Shown here: positions 10,392-21,604 of the stretch, in pieces | Numbering within the stretch: the first letter of the stretch is position 1 | Layout: each line of letters starts with the position of its first letter | Source: Octopus bimaculoides | Lineage: Eukaryota | DNA: 64,000 bases | Assembly (NCBI RefSeq): GCF_001194135.2 | Contig: NC_068998.1 | Span: forward strand, 38,683,810 to 38,747,809 | Reading direction: 5' to 3' | Program-made: the position numbers and the translations under genes | Notes under the pieces: model-generated | Told to the model about the DNA's origin: nothing | The model's input: the letters and a program-made list of their open reading frames with translations, nothing else | Databases searched by the model: none

Positions 10392-10830
10392 ATGGCTCCC
10401 TGCAACTCTTGCGTTGTCAGTCTATATGAAAGCATACACCATTTCCACAGCAATGATGATGTCCCTATTGCATTTTAAACCGAACACGGCCTCCTGCCGC
10501 GTACTCGATATTGTCCGAATTGCAATACTCCGCGTATTTTGCGCGAAAGGACAAGCATATAGCGCTGCCGTAAGGTAGGTGATGCGACGACGTGGACGGT
10601 CTAGAAGGGAATGTGGATACTCCATATCTACATTTAAGGACACCTTTCTGGAAGGTGTTCATCTTCTGCCTTGGAAAGTCTTAGTCGCACAAATCAATAG
10701 AGGAAAACCTTGGATTCTGCCGTAAAACCTCCGTAGATTGGCAATCTTTCTGTTCGGAAGTCTGCCAGTTTGGGGCAGAAAACCACCTGCACGCGGATAC
10801 ATATGGACGAAGTCCATGAAGTTAATATTC
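10392..10830 (+). mobile_element. Merlin/ISXO2-like transposase N-terminal remnant
   Basis: With stops and frameshifts: EHGLLPRTRYCPNC..(W)RCRK..RECGYSISTFKDTFLEGVHL..LGFCRKTSVDWQSFCSEVC..IHMDE. This is the Zn-ribbon, SI..TF.E, VDW..FC.EVC and xxDE motif order expected for Merlin. Confidence 0.7.
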
Positions 10831-11104
10831 TTTCTGAATGAACACAAACATATTACTGAATATCGTGCTTGCTTCTATCAGGACCTTTAAAGCGAAAAAG
10901 CAAAACCAACGTATACGACAGGTATGTAAAACATATTTCTGTGTACTTTCTCTGTTCATTCGCACGCGCACACAAACACACACACGCGCAAGCCGTTCAT
11001 TTTCATTTTTAGACAGCGGGATTGAGTGAGGGGCGGGTGTGGATCAATTTTGGAGTTTTTTCACAAAAAAAATTGAAATAAATTTTTTTTCCATATTCTT
11101 AATC

Positions 11105-11395
11105 TCCAGGTTCAGTTCCACCGCTTGGCACCTTGGACAAGTGTCTTATACTATAGCCTCGGGCCAACCAAACCCTTGTGAGTGGATTTGGTGGGCGGAA
11201 AATGAAAGAAGCCCCTCATGTAAGTGTGTGTGTGTGTGCGTGTGTGTATCTCAACCTCCATCGCTTGACAACCGATGTTAGTTTGTTCGCATCCTCGTAA
11301 CTTAGCGGTTCGACAAAATAAACCGATAGAACTAGTACTAGGCTTACAAAGAATAAGTCCTGGGGTCGATTTCTTCGACTAAAAAACCCTTGATT
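11105..11395 (+). mobile_element. SINE family A, truncated at both ends
   Basis: ggttcagttccac..ctatagcctcgggcc..gaagccc..cttagcggttcg..ggggtcgatttcttcgactaa. Confidence 0.85.
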
Positions 11396-12106
11396 ATGCT
11401 TGAATTAACTCATGTATCGAAAAGAGAAGGGGGGAAAAAACATGAGTTTATTCTTCGAGAATCAATCCATCAATTAAACAACAGCAGCAGTAAAAACGAC
11501 GACGATGACGACCACCACGCGGACAACGATGACGACAACAATAANNNNNNNNNNNNNNNNNNNNNNNNNNNNNNNNNNNNNNNNNNNNNNNNNNNNNNNN
11601 NNNNNNNNNNNNNNNNNNNNNNNNNNNNNNNNNNNNNNNNNNNNNNNNNNNNNNNNNNNNNNNNNNNNNNNNNNNNNNNNNNNNNNNNNNNNNNNNNNNN
11701 NNNNNNNNNNNNNNNNNNNNNNNNNNNNNNNNNNNNNNNNNNNNNNNNNNNNNNNNNNNNNNNNNNNNNNNNNNNNNNNNNNNNNNNNNNNNNNNNNNNN
11801 NNNNNNNNNNNNNNNNNNNNNNNNNNNNNNNNNNNNNNNNNNNNNNNNNNNNNNNNNNNNNNNNNNNNNNNNNNNNNNNNNNNNNNNNNNNNNNNNNNNN
11901 NNNNNNNNNNNNNNNNNNNNNNNNNNNNNNNNNNNNNNNNNNNNNNNNNNNNNNNNNNNNNNNNNNNNNNNNNNNNNNNNNAATAAATATAACTTTATAT
12001 TTATTTTAATATTGTTCTCTTCACTTATTTTTATGCTTGTTTTCGCTGTATATTTTCCCGCGTATACTTTTACATGTAAAATAATTAAAGCATTACGTCA
12101 GCGCGC

Positions 12107-12146
<40 letters not shown>

Positions 12147-12720
12147 GTGGTGGTGGATGAGTCCAAGCAGGAGTGTGTTTGATAAATATACATCCAGCTT
12201 CGGTGTGTAAATAGACCCCATGGATGTTTATGAATGTAGATTTATCAAACGTACGTATATGAACTTATTAACAATTCATTCTGACATGTACGTTACATTA
12301 TATTATTGTTATGTTACTTAAAATAAGGAAATAAAAGAAATATATATATTGCAGATATACGTGTGTGTTTGAATGTATATGTGTATTTATACGAAGGTGC
12401 TTGCATGTCTATGTACATATATATATGTTTATGTACATATATATGTTTATGTACATATATGTATGTATAATATACATACATATTTACACACACACTCACA
12501 TGCACACACACATATATAGACATATATATACATACATATACAAACACATTTATGCATATATATATTTATGCGTGTGTATATATATATATATATATATACA
12601 CCCATACACATACATACTCACACACATGAACGCACGCACACACACACACGCACATACACACACACACATATATATGTGTGTGTGTGTGTGTATGTATATA
12701 TATATGCGTATATATATATG

Positions 12721-12754
<34 letters not shown>

Positions 12755-12879
12755 AATGTGAGTGTATGTTTAAATATGTACGGTTTTATCCATATATAAA
12801 AATATATACACTCATTCATACATACATACATACATACATACATACATACACACATACATACGCACATCTGCTGTTGGGG

Positions 12880-12975
12880 TGAGTGGGTTTAGTTGCGTAC
12901 AATTTCCGTGTATGAAATTCCACTCACAAAAACTTTGGTCGACCAGAGGCTATAGTGCCAAACACTTGCCCCCTG
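12880..12975 (-). mobile_element. SINE family A internal fragment
   Basis: tttccgt..aaattccactcacaaaa ctttggtcgaccagaggctatagt..acacttgccc. Confidence 0.65.
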
Positions 12976-13908
12976 AGATCCAAAACCCATTAGTTCAATT
13001 TCAATGCAGTACAAAACAAGTCGGTAATAGAAAATTTTTTTAAGAAAGCAAAATGAATAAATAAAATAAAATTAGAAAAAAAGAAACAGGAATAAAGAAA
13101 GATTCTAAAGATTGGNNNNNNNNNNNNNNNNNNNNNNNNNNNNNNNNNNNNNNNNNNNNNNNNNNNNNNNNNNNNNNNNNNNNNNNNNNNNNNNNNNNNN
13201 NNNNNNNNNNNNNNNNNNNNNNNNNNNNNNNNNNNNNNNNNNNNNNNNNNNNNNNNNNNNNNNNNNNNNNNNNNNNNNNNNNNNNNNNNNNNNNNNNNNN
13301 NNNNNNNNNNNNNNNNNNNNNNNNNNNNNNNNNNNNNNNNNNNNNNNNNNNNNNNNNNNNNNNNNNNNNNNNNNNNNNNNNNNNNNNNNNNNNNNNNNNN
13401 NNNNNNNNNNNNNNNNNNNNNNNNNNNNNNNNNNNNNNNNNNNNNNNNNNNNNNNNNNNNNNNNNNNNNNNNNNNNNNNNNNNNNNNNNNNNNNNNNNNN
13501 NNNNNNNNNNNNNNNNNNNNNNNNNNNNNNNNNNNNNNNNNNNNNNNNNNNNNNNNNNNNNNNNNNNNNNNNNNNNNNNNNNNNNNNNNNNNNNNNNNNN
13601 NNNNNNNNNNNNNNNNNNNNNNNNNNNNNNNNNNNNNNNNNNNNNNNNNNNNNNNNNNNNNNNNNNNNNNNNNNNNNNNNNNNNNNNNNNNNNNNNNNNN
13701 NNNNNNNNNNNNNNNNNNNNNNNNNNNNNNNNNNNNNNNNNNNNNNNNNNNNNNNNNNNNNNNNNNNNNNNNNNNNNNNNNNNNNNNNNNNNNNNNNNNN
13801 NNNNNNNNNNNNNNNNNNNNNNNNNNNNNNNNNNNNNNNNNNNNNNNNNNNNNNNNNNNNNNNNNNNNNNNNNNNNNNNNNNNNNNNNNNNNNNNNNNNN
13901 NNNNNNNN

Positions 13909-14050
13909 TATATATATGGGAGAATGTACGAAAAAAAACAACAACAGACGAGGACAGGTGGTATAAACAACAAAAGGATGTATTAGTTTGACGCTCGGGA
14001 ATACAGAAAGTCTTTAACGTTTCGAGCTACGCTCTTCAACAGAAAGAATA
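13909..14050 (-). mobile_element. Penelope-type terminal module, copy 2
   Basis: Reverse complement TTGAAGAGCGTAGCTCGAAACGTTAAAGAC; homologous to 2429 and 38900. Confidence 0.65.
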
Positions 14051-15329
14051 CGGACATATATATGTATGTATGTATGTATAAAATATATACGATAGATAGA
14101 TAGATAGATAGATAGATAGTATCTTTAGTCAGAAAGCAAGAATGCAAAATTTAACTACTATCTAGGAAGTGTCCATGCTTGATATGTCAAAAAGTAATAT
14201 ACTTTTATAGGGTATATGTAATGTTAATTTTCGTGAACAAGAGAGTACAGATGAACGGAGAGAAAAGAAATCAGCAAAAATGTGTAAGAGAGGCAACAAG
14301 AGACAGTCCAAACTACTCAAGTAATTGTTGACAAAGCAAGCAGTGAGGGATGTGAAAAGATGATGATGCACAAACAAAAAGCAAAAGGGAATAACAATGA
14401 CATTAGTGCCAAAGATTGTGTGTGTATGCATGTACACAGCATGGATAGTCATACATCTTAAAAGATGGGAAGGGTTTATAAGAGAAGACATATTAGGAAA
14501 AGAAAAAAACAGTTATTGACAGAAGACCCATAAAATAGGGCGATATCAAGGAGTCATAACAGGAGTAACCCAAAGAACTGGTGACAGGCCATTCGGATAT
14601 ATAGATGCTCATGTAAGCTGTCATCTAAATCGTGTAGGGAAGAGGTAACTGATTAGAGGATATAAGTTTAAACTACAGATTGTTGGCCAGAGAAGAGGGT
14701 TTAGGATGTATTGATTGAGATATTTGAATATGAATCGCCATGTTATCCTTGATCAAGTAGACTTATCATCAAAGGCGTTCCAGCCATGACCATCTTGCCT
14801 GCCTAGTTTGCAGACATAATGTATCTAGGATTTGGGCAATGAGGCAATTGGTGGAAGTAGATTCCTTGAATAAGAGTAATAGTCCAAGTATTTTCTTGTG
14901 GAAGAGTGGATTTTTGAGCATGCCAGGTACTCTTCCCTGCATCGGACAATTACAGTCCTACTTTTACTAACTAGTGTTATGGCAATATTGCTGAGGTTGC
15001 AGAGCTTCTAGAGTGCATCGAATCTTTAGAAAAAAAAATGTTGCAAAATAAGTTGGAACAGTGTGATCATAAATTTTACCGCTTTGTGTACCTATATGAG
15101 TTTTTGTATTAAAAATTGTATTGGAAGAAAGTATTAAAGTATTTTTGCAAATATAGCAATGTTATTAAATGGAAACCAGCTATAGTTACGTATTGAAAAG
15201 GTTGACTAACATGGAGTAGATTATAAATGAGATGATCACTTTTAACTGAGGGAAAACAGGCATCTAATTTCTTTTCCTGTAGACTATTTTGCATTTTGGC
15301 GATATACTGCGCTTGCGAAGATCCATCAA

Positions 15330-15722
15330 GCCAAATGAAATTGTAGTCATGGCTGATGTTGGTGTCACGTAACTGGCACGTAAAGAGCACTGTACGAGCA
15401 CTGGGCCTCATGGAAGCAAAGTGGCTGAGTTTCTTTCGAGTGTTGGGCTTCATGAAAGTAACGACCAAGACATTATGTCGTGCTTGAGAAGAAGACCCAT
15501 CAAGCCGAGCAAAATCACAGTCATAGAAGATACTGGTGTCACGTAAGAGTACCCATTACACTCTCGGAATGGTTGGCGTTAGGAAGGGCATCCGGCCGTA
15601 GAAAACATTGCCAATCAGACTGAAGTCTGGTGTAGCCATGCAGCTTATCAGCTCTGGTCAAACCGTCCAACCCATGCCAGCATGGGAAACGGACGTTAAA
15701 TATTGATGATGATGATGATGAT
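15330..15722 (+). mobile_element. RTE-related non-autonomous retroelement (SINE-like) with (GAT)n tail
   Basis: ggttggcgttaggaagggcatcc..caacccatgccagcatggg..ggacgttaaa-(tga)n; the same family occurs reversed at 60415-60750 and 63960-64000. Confidence 0.7.
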
Positions 15723-16052
15723 NNNNNNNNNNNNNNNNNNNNNNNNNNNNNNNNNNNNNNNNNNNNNNNNNNNNNNNNNNNNNNNNNNNNNNNNNNNNNN
15801 NNNNNNNNNNNNNNNNNNNNNNNNNNNNNATATATATATATATATATACTCCAAGAGAGTTAGGGGTTCCCTTCTCCAATTGCTAAATGTCCTTTAAATT
15901 TGAAATCTTAATTGTTGATATGACATGGTATGTCATAAGTGTCTGTATATTGTGGTTTTTGTCAATTTAGTCATAAAATAAAAAGATTAATCAACGGAAT
16001 ACAGTATCTGCAAGTTGATGGGTACCTCATATTCCCCTCCATTTTCTTATTG

Positions 16053-16083
<31 letters not shown>

Positions 16084-16169
16084 ATATAGTCTGTTTGAGA
16101 TAATACATCGTGATTTAGGGTTTCATATTCTATGATATTGGATAATCGTTAGACCAACGACATAAATGA

Positions 16170-16560
16170 TGCATTAGAATGTTTAGCTAAAGGCTAAGCG
16201 TACGTCACACTCCAGGGTCATAAGAATAATGTCTGAATCCAAAATGTAGATTAATCTATCCTGCCAAACCAAATTCGGAATAGTGAATAAGAAAAACCTT
16301 AAGTGATATGAGCAGTAAGCTTGAAAAGTTAACTAATTTCTACTAATGGAATAACAGTAGTATAGTTGTTAGCTGATTAATTGTATAAACAATAAAACCG
16401 CCCCAAGTTAATGTGATTTGATATTGTGGAATTTTATTCCTCAGTTTCGGTACGGCTTAAACAATCGCTAAGATATATAACAATATGGATGATAACGATG
16501 TCATTATTTCCGCTAGAAAAATCCTGTTCTCTGACGAAGATTAAAAGGTCAGAACCCATG
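16170..16560 (+). mobile_element. Penelope-like element 1, RT N-terminal remnant
   Basis: AYVTLQGHKNN..PKCRLIYPAK..GIVNKK..WNNSSIVVS..FDIVEFYSSVS..ISARKS matches the PLE motifs AFITLKDH..CRLINPAKSE..FDI.EFYPSI and parallels 36650-37030. Confidence 0.75.
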
Positions 16561-16577
16561 GTTTATTCAGCATTATG

Positions 16578-16611
<34 letters not shown>

Positions 16612-16729
16612 ATTTATTCATTCATTTACACGTACATTTAACCTTACATACATATGCTTTTTGTGTATATATGTATGTTTGTATGTGTGTCTGTAAGTAT
16701 GTATGTATGCATATATGTATATTTGTATG

Positions 16730-16763
<34 letters not shown>

Positions 16764-17598
16764 NNNNNNNNNNNNNNNNNNNNNNNNNNNNNNNNNNNNN
16801 NNNNNNNNNNNNNNNNNNNNNNNNNNNNNNNNNNNNNNNNNNNNNNNNNNNNNNNNNNNNNNNNNNNNNNNNNNNNNNNNNNNNNNNNNNNNNNNNNNNN
16901 NNNNNNNNNNNNNNNNNNNNNNNNNNNNNNNNNNNNNNNNNNNNNNNNNNNNNNNNNNNNNNNNNNNNNNNNNNNNNNNNNNNNNNNNNNNNNNNNNNNN
17001 NNNNNNNNNNNNNNNNNNNNNNNNNNNNNNNNNNNNNNNNNNNNNNNNNNNNNNNNNNNNNNNNNNNNNNNNNNNNNNNNNNNNNNNNNNNNNNNNNNNN
17101 NNNNNNNNNNNNNNNNNNNNNNNNNNNNNNNNNNNNNNNNNNNNNNNNNNNNNNNNNNNNNNNNNNNNNNNNNNNNNNNNNNNNNNNNNNNNNNNNNNNN
17201 NNNNNNNNNNNNNNNNNNNNNNNNNNNNNNNNNNNNNNNNNNNNNNNNNNNNNNNNNNNNNNNNNNNNNNNNNNNNNNNNNNNNNNNNNNNNNNNNNNNN
17301 NNNNNNNNNNNNNNNNNNNNNNNNNNNNNNNNNNNNNNNNNNNNNNNNNNNNNNNNNNNNNNNNNNNNNNNNNNNNNNNNNNNNNNNNNNNNNNNNNNNN
17401 NNNNNNNNNNNNNNNNNNNNNNNNNNNNNNNNNNNNNNNNNNNNNNNTAATCCCAAGTGGCTATCTGTTTTCCTATGTGTTCGTTCCGTTGTCTGTAGCT
17501 CATTGTTCTAACGTCCTGTACCCTGATATGCATCTATATACACATGTAGATGTAAGTATGTACATATATGTGTGTATACATGCATATATATTCTTTGT

Positions 17599-17653
<55 letters not shown>

Positions 17654-17689
17654 GCACATAAATATATGTGGTTGTGTGTGTGTCGTTGT

Positions 17690-17890
17690 GTCTGTATATG
17701 TCCCCCTCTTCCTTTTGACAACTGATGTTGTGTGTTCACATCTCCGTAACTTAACGGTTCGGCAAAAAAAGACCGATAGAATTAAGTACCAGGCTTGTAA
17801 AAAAAAAGTACTGAGGTAAATTCATTCAACTAAATATTCTCCAAGGCGGCACTCCAGCATGGCCGCAGTTTAATGACTGAAACAAGAGAT
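17690..17890 (+). mobile_element. SINE family A, 3' half
   Basis: ccgtaacttaacggttcggcaaaaaaagaccgatagaattaagtacc..catggccgcag..actgaaacaag. Confidence 0.8.
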
Positions 17891-17919
17891 AAAAAAAAAC
17901 AACATGATATAAGATATAT

Positions 17920-18385
17920 CAATATAGAATCCAGTCACCCTCCTGTAGTTCTAAAAACCCGGTTAATGACATCAGTAGACGAGTCTCTCTCTCTTTTATC
18001 CAATTAAGATAACATTGACAACACAGTCGTCTATTAAAATAAAGCACTAGAAGTTAGCGAATTCAAAGATAAAATCGTTTCTACGTCTAATCCTCTGCCA
18101 TCCATTAGTAAAAACACGCCACAAGTTTATTTCGTTTCTACCTTCCTTCTTTATAAATGCTGAATCTAACATTGATCTTTTATCTTTCATCTTTTCAGTC
18201 ATTAGTCTGTAGTCATGCTGGGGCACTGCCTTGAAGAATTTTTAGTCGAATGAATCGGTCCCAGTAGTTTTTTTTTTGTTTTGTTTTGTTTTTAAAGCCT
18301 GGTATTCTATCGAACTCTTTTGCCGAACCGTTACTTCCGAGGATGTAAACACACCAACACCGGTTGTCAGACACAAAGACACACA

Positions 18386-18447
<62 letters not shown>

Positions 18448-18720
18448 CACACGACTGGCTTCTTTCAATTTCCGTCTATCAAATCCACTCACAAGGCTAT
18501 GGTCGGACTAAAGCCATTATCAGAAGACACTTGCCCAAGGTTTCAGGAAGTGGGACTGAACCCAGAACCATGTGGTCGGAAAGCAAGCTTCTTACCACAC
18601 AGCCACGCCTGCGCCTATAATATGAAAAAAACAATATGAATAAACATTGGCCCGTCAACAACAAACGACACGGAAATCTATTTAATAGAACAACACCTTC
18701 CTAATTTGAACTCATTAGCT
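17920..18720 (+). mobile_element. Penelope-like element 1, downstream remnant split by SINE A
   Basis: IESSHPPVVLK..LSN..NKALEVSEFKDKI (17925-18080) matches the PLE S.HPP..LSSN..AL..SG..DKI block. KHWP..LFNRTT (18645-18700) is a weaker continuation. Confidence 0.55.
18180..18615 (-). mobile_element. SINE family A, full length, with (GATA)n linker
   Basis: Reverse complement head aggcgcaggcgtggctgtgtggtaag; tail ..aaaagatgaaagataaa. Confidence 0.85.
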
Positions 18721-18799
18721 TTCTATATTTCCTTCCAAACAGCCGTATGGTTAAGATTTCTCTACATTTTTTGTATCATTGCAATATTTCTTCCGGCTC

Positions 18800-18935
18800 T
18801 TTACATTCTCAGTTCAAATTCCTTTTGGGGTCGATAAAATATCCCTCAAGTACTGGATGGGGAGGGAGCAATGTAATCAACTTGTCTCCCACCCTACCCT
18901 CAAAATTGTTGGCCTTATGTCGAAATTACAAAGGC
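18800..18935 (+). mobile_element. SINE family C-related fragment (alternative 3' end)
   Basis: gttcaaattcc..ttttggggtcgataaaat..caaaattgttggccttatgtcgaaatt; similar tails at 20990, 28500 and 35600. Confidence 0.6.
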
Positions 18936-19284
18936 TTGCATTGGTTTTCAAAAGCTAAGACCAGATTATATCACAATGCTGTAAAAACAGAATAATTATA
19001 AATAAAAACCAGTTTCGCTTATTGAATTTTCAGCGAATTTAGATAATCTTTCGCTATGAAAATTAATACATGATGTTTTGTAGAGGAATATCGCTCAATC
19101 TTCGGACCACATTTTCTGTGCTTTGAATAGTGCGAAAGATTTGTCTGTAATTCTTAGTATTTTTACTGTGCACGCGTGTGTGTGCGTGTACGTACGTATG
19201 TGCGTGCGTGCCTGTGAATGTGTGTGTGTGGAGTGTATATTTATAATGCTTAATGCGATGGCTGGTCGTATCTGGACTTTCTCT

Positions 19285-19450
19285 GCTGTGGCTTAGTGGT
19301 TAGGGTGTTGTACTCATGTTCGTAAGATTGTGGTTTCGATTCCTGGAGCAGGCGACGTGTTGTGTTCTTGCGCAGAACACTTCATTTCACGTTGCTCCAG
19401 TCCACTCAGCTGGCAAAAAATGAGTAATCCTGTCACGAACCAGTGTCCTG
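19285..19450 (+). mobile_element. SINE family B, 5' part
   Basis: gtggcttagtggttagggtg..gtttcgattcc..ttgctccagtccactcagctggcaaaaaatgag. Confidence 0.8.
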
Positions 19451-19854
19451 TCCAATTGGAGAAATACACATATATACACCACAGAATCCGGGACAGCGAC
19501 CTTATGAGCCTATAAGAACAACAACAACACGACCAAAATGGATACTGTACACTTAGATTAAAATAATAAAACGTCCTTGGAGCTAAACGACAATAAAAAC
19601 AACAACGCCAACATCAATAGCAATGGAGGACACATTGAGTAATGTAGGCTGAGATTTAATAACAGACCTGAGCTTAAACAACAATATTTATTGCAACAAC
19701 AACGATATACAAACTGTATAAACTATTAAAGATAATTTATTAATGACTAATTTAGCATAATTTAGGTTTTATTTGATTAATATCTCTGATAAATCAATCT
19801 GTACTTTATTAGCGACTTTGAAAATTTATCAGTGATGCTTCCATCACCACGAAA

Positions 19855-20000
19855 CTCTCAGACATGGCTGCGTGGTAAGAAGTTTGCTTTCCAACCACGA
19901 GACCCTGGATTCATTCAGTCCCACTGTGCGGCGGCATCTCGGGTTAGTGTCTTCTACTATAGCCCCGGGCCGATCAAAGTCTTGTAAGTGGATTTGATTG
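19855..20000 (+). mobile_element. SINE family A, 5' part
   Basis: atggctgcgtggtaagaag..cagtcccactg..gtgtcttctactatagccccgggccgatcaaag. Confidence 0.75.
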
Positions 20001-20384
20001 GGTAGCCTGTTGTATAATGTATGTTGTATAATGTATGTATGTATGTATGTATGTATGCAATATTTGCAGTCATATAAGCTTGTCAAGAGCAGGGCTCATT
20101 AGCCACCAACGGAGCCGCAATTGCAAAATATAAATTAGTCCTAGAGCGCACAATGTCCCTGAAGGTCGGCAATGGTCTTCCTCGATCACGAGTGGACGGC
20201 CATCATCATGTATATGTTGGAAAAATAAGCACGACTTTATATTATAGTTCCTACGCGCGTTTTATCAATGTGGTTGTTTGGAGCCCTGCAACAGGTGTTT
20301 CAAGTGCATTTAGATGCACAACCACAATAGATCATCAGAGAACACTTTACCACATTAATTTACATGCACACATGTAGACACGTA

Positions 20385-20540
20385 CAACACCACACATACG
20401 GAGAAATATTATGGAAACAACGGGAAAAGGGTTGACATGAAGTTTACCATTGTAAAAAGCGGAAGTGTACTATCCTAAAAAAAAAAAAGATGAAAATAAT
20501 TGCGATAGAAACCGGAAGCGAAGACATTGATATCCTGTAC
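20385..20540. mobile_element. solo terminal arm of the Merlin-associated inverted repeat
   Basis: catacggagaaatattatggaaacaa..agtttaccattgtaa..gaaagt/ggaagtg..ataattgcgatagaaaccgg is homologous to 21605-21740 and to the reverse complement of 22628-22500. Confidence 0.65.
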
Positions 20541-20544
20541 ATAT

Positions 20545-20745
20545 AAGTGTGTGTGTGTGTTTGTGTGCACCACCGCTTCACAACCGTTGTTGGCATGTTG
20601 ATGTCTCCGTGAGCTAACGGTTCAACAAAAGAGGTCAACAGAATAAGTACCAGGCTTAAAAATACTTGGGAGATGGGGTCGATTTGTTCGGCCTTCAAGG
20701 CTGTTCCCCGCCCCTTCCCCACTAAAAAACAAAATAAGTAAAAGA
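20545..20745 (+). mobile_element. SINE family A, 3' half
   Basis: accgcttcacaaccgttgttggc..aacggttcaacaaaagag..agaataagtaccaggc..ggggtcgatttgttcg. Confidence 0.7.
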
Positions 20746-20882
20746 TAAAAAGTTTTTAAAAAAGTGTCTGCAATAAATCAAATTATAATTTATTATCGAT
20801 TTTGAAGATTTATCAGTCATTCTTTCTCCTCCATGAAACACACACACTCCCACGTATACGCACATGTGTGTGCATACACGCA

Positions 20883-20918
<36 letters not shown>

Positions 20919-20989
20919 CGTGGTCAATCAGTCATTTAGTATACATTATACGTGGCTCTTAAAATTTCGACACTGAGTGTGATTGTGTA

Positions 20990-21600
20990 ACACCATACAT
21001 TTAAGTAGAAATACTGGGTTCAAATTTCGGCACAAGGCCAGAAATTTCGGAGGAGGGGGAATATTCGACCCCATTGCTCAACTGGTACTTTGTACTTATT
21101 TTATCGAAGCCGAAAAGATGATAGGCAAAGACGACTTCGGCAGAATTTTAGCTCGGAACGTGAAGTCGGAATGCTAACGATTCTTATTTCTTTATTGCCC
21201 ACAAGGGGCTAAACATAGAGGGGACAAACAAGGACAGACAAAGGGATTAAGTCGATTACATCGACCCCAGTGCGTAACTGGTACTTAATTTATCGAAGCC
21301 GAAAGGATGAAAGGCAAAGTCAACCTCGGCGGAATTTGAACTCAGAACGTAACGGCAGACGAAATACCTATTTCGTTATTGCCCACAAGGGGCTAAACAT
21401 AGAGGGAACAAACAAGAACAGACGAACGGATTAAGTCGATTACATCGACCCCAGTGCGTAACTGGTACTTAATTTATCGACCCCGAAAGGATGAAAGGCA
21501 AAGTCGACCTCGGCGGAATTTGAACTCAGAACGTAATGGGCAGACGAAATACCGCTAAGCATTTCTCCCGGCGTGCTAACGATTCTGCCAGCTCGCCGCC
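20990..21600 (-). mobile_element. SINE family C cluster: old partial copy plus young tandem dimer
   Basis: An old copy at 20990-21180, then two near-identical units (21181-21370 and 21371-21600) joined at gacgaaatacc|tatttcgttattgccc. Confidence 0.9.
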
Positions 21601-21604
21601 TTTA

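Noticed and set aside
14160-14750. Possible CR1/L2-type LINE remnant on the minus strand
   Set aside because: Only vague motif echoes (LDDS, PNMSSL); too weak to support a call without a profile search.
20100-20330. Possible RTE 3' remnant (minus-strand RDRGRPLPTFRDIV) or the 74-aa plus ORF
   Set aside because: A single short motif with no corroborating flanks.
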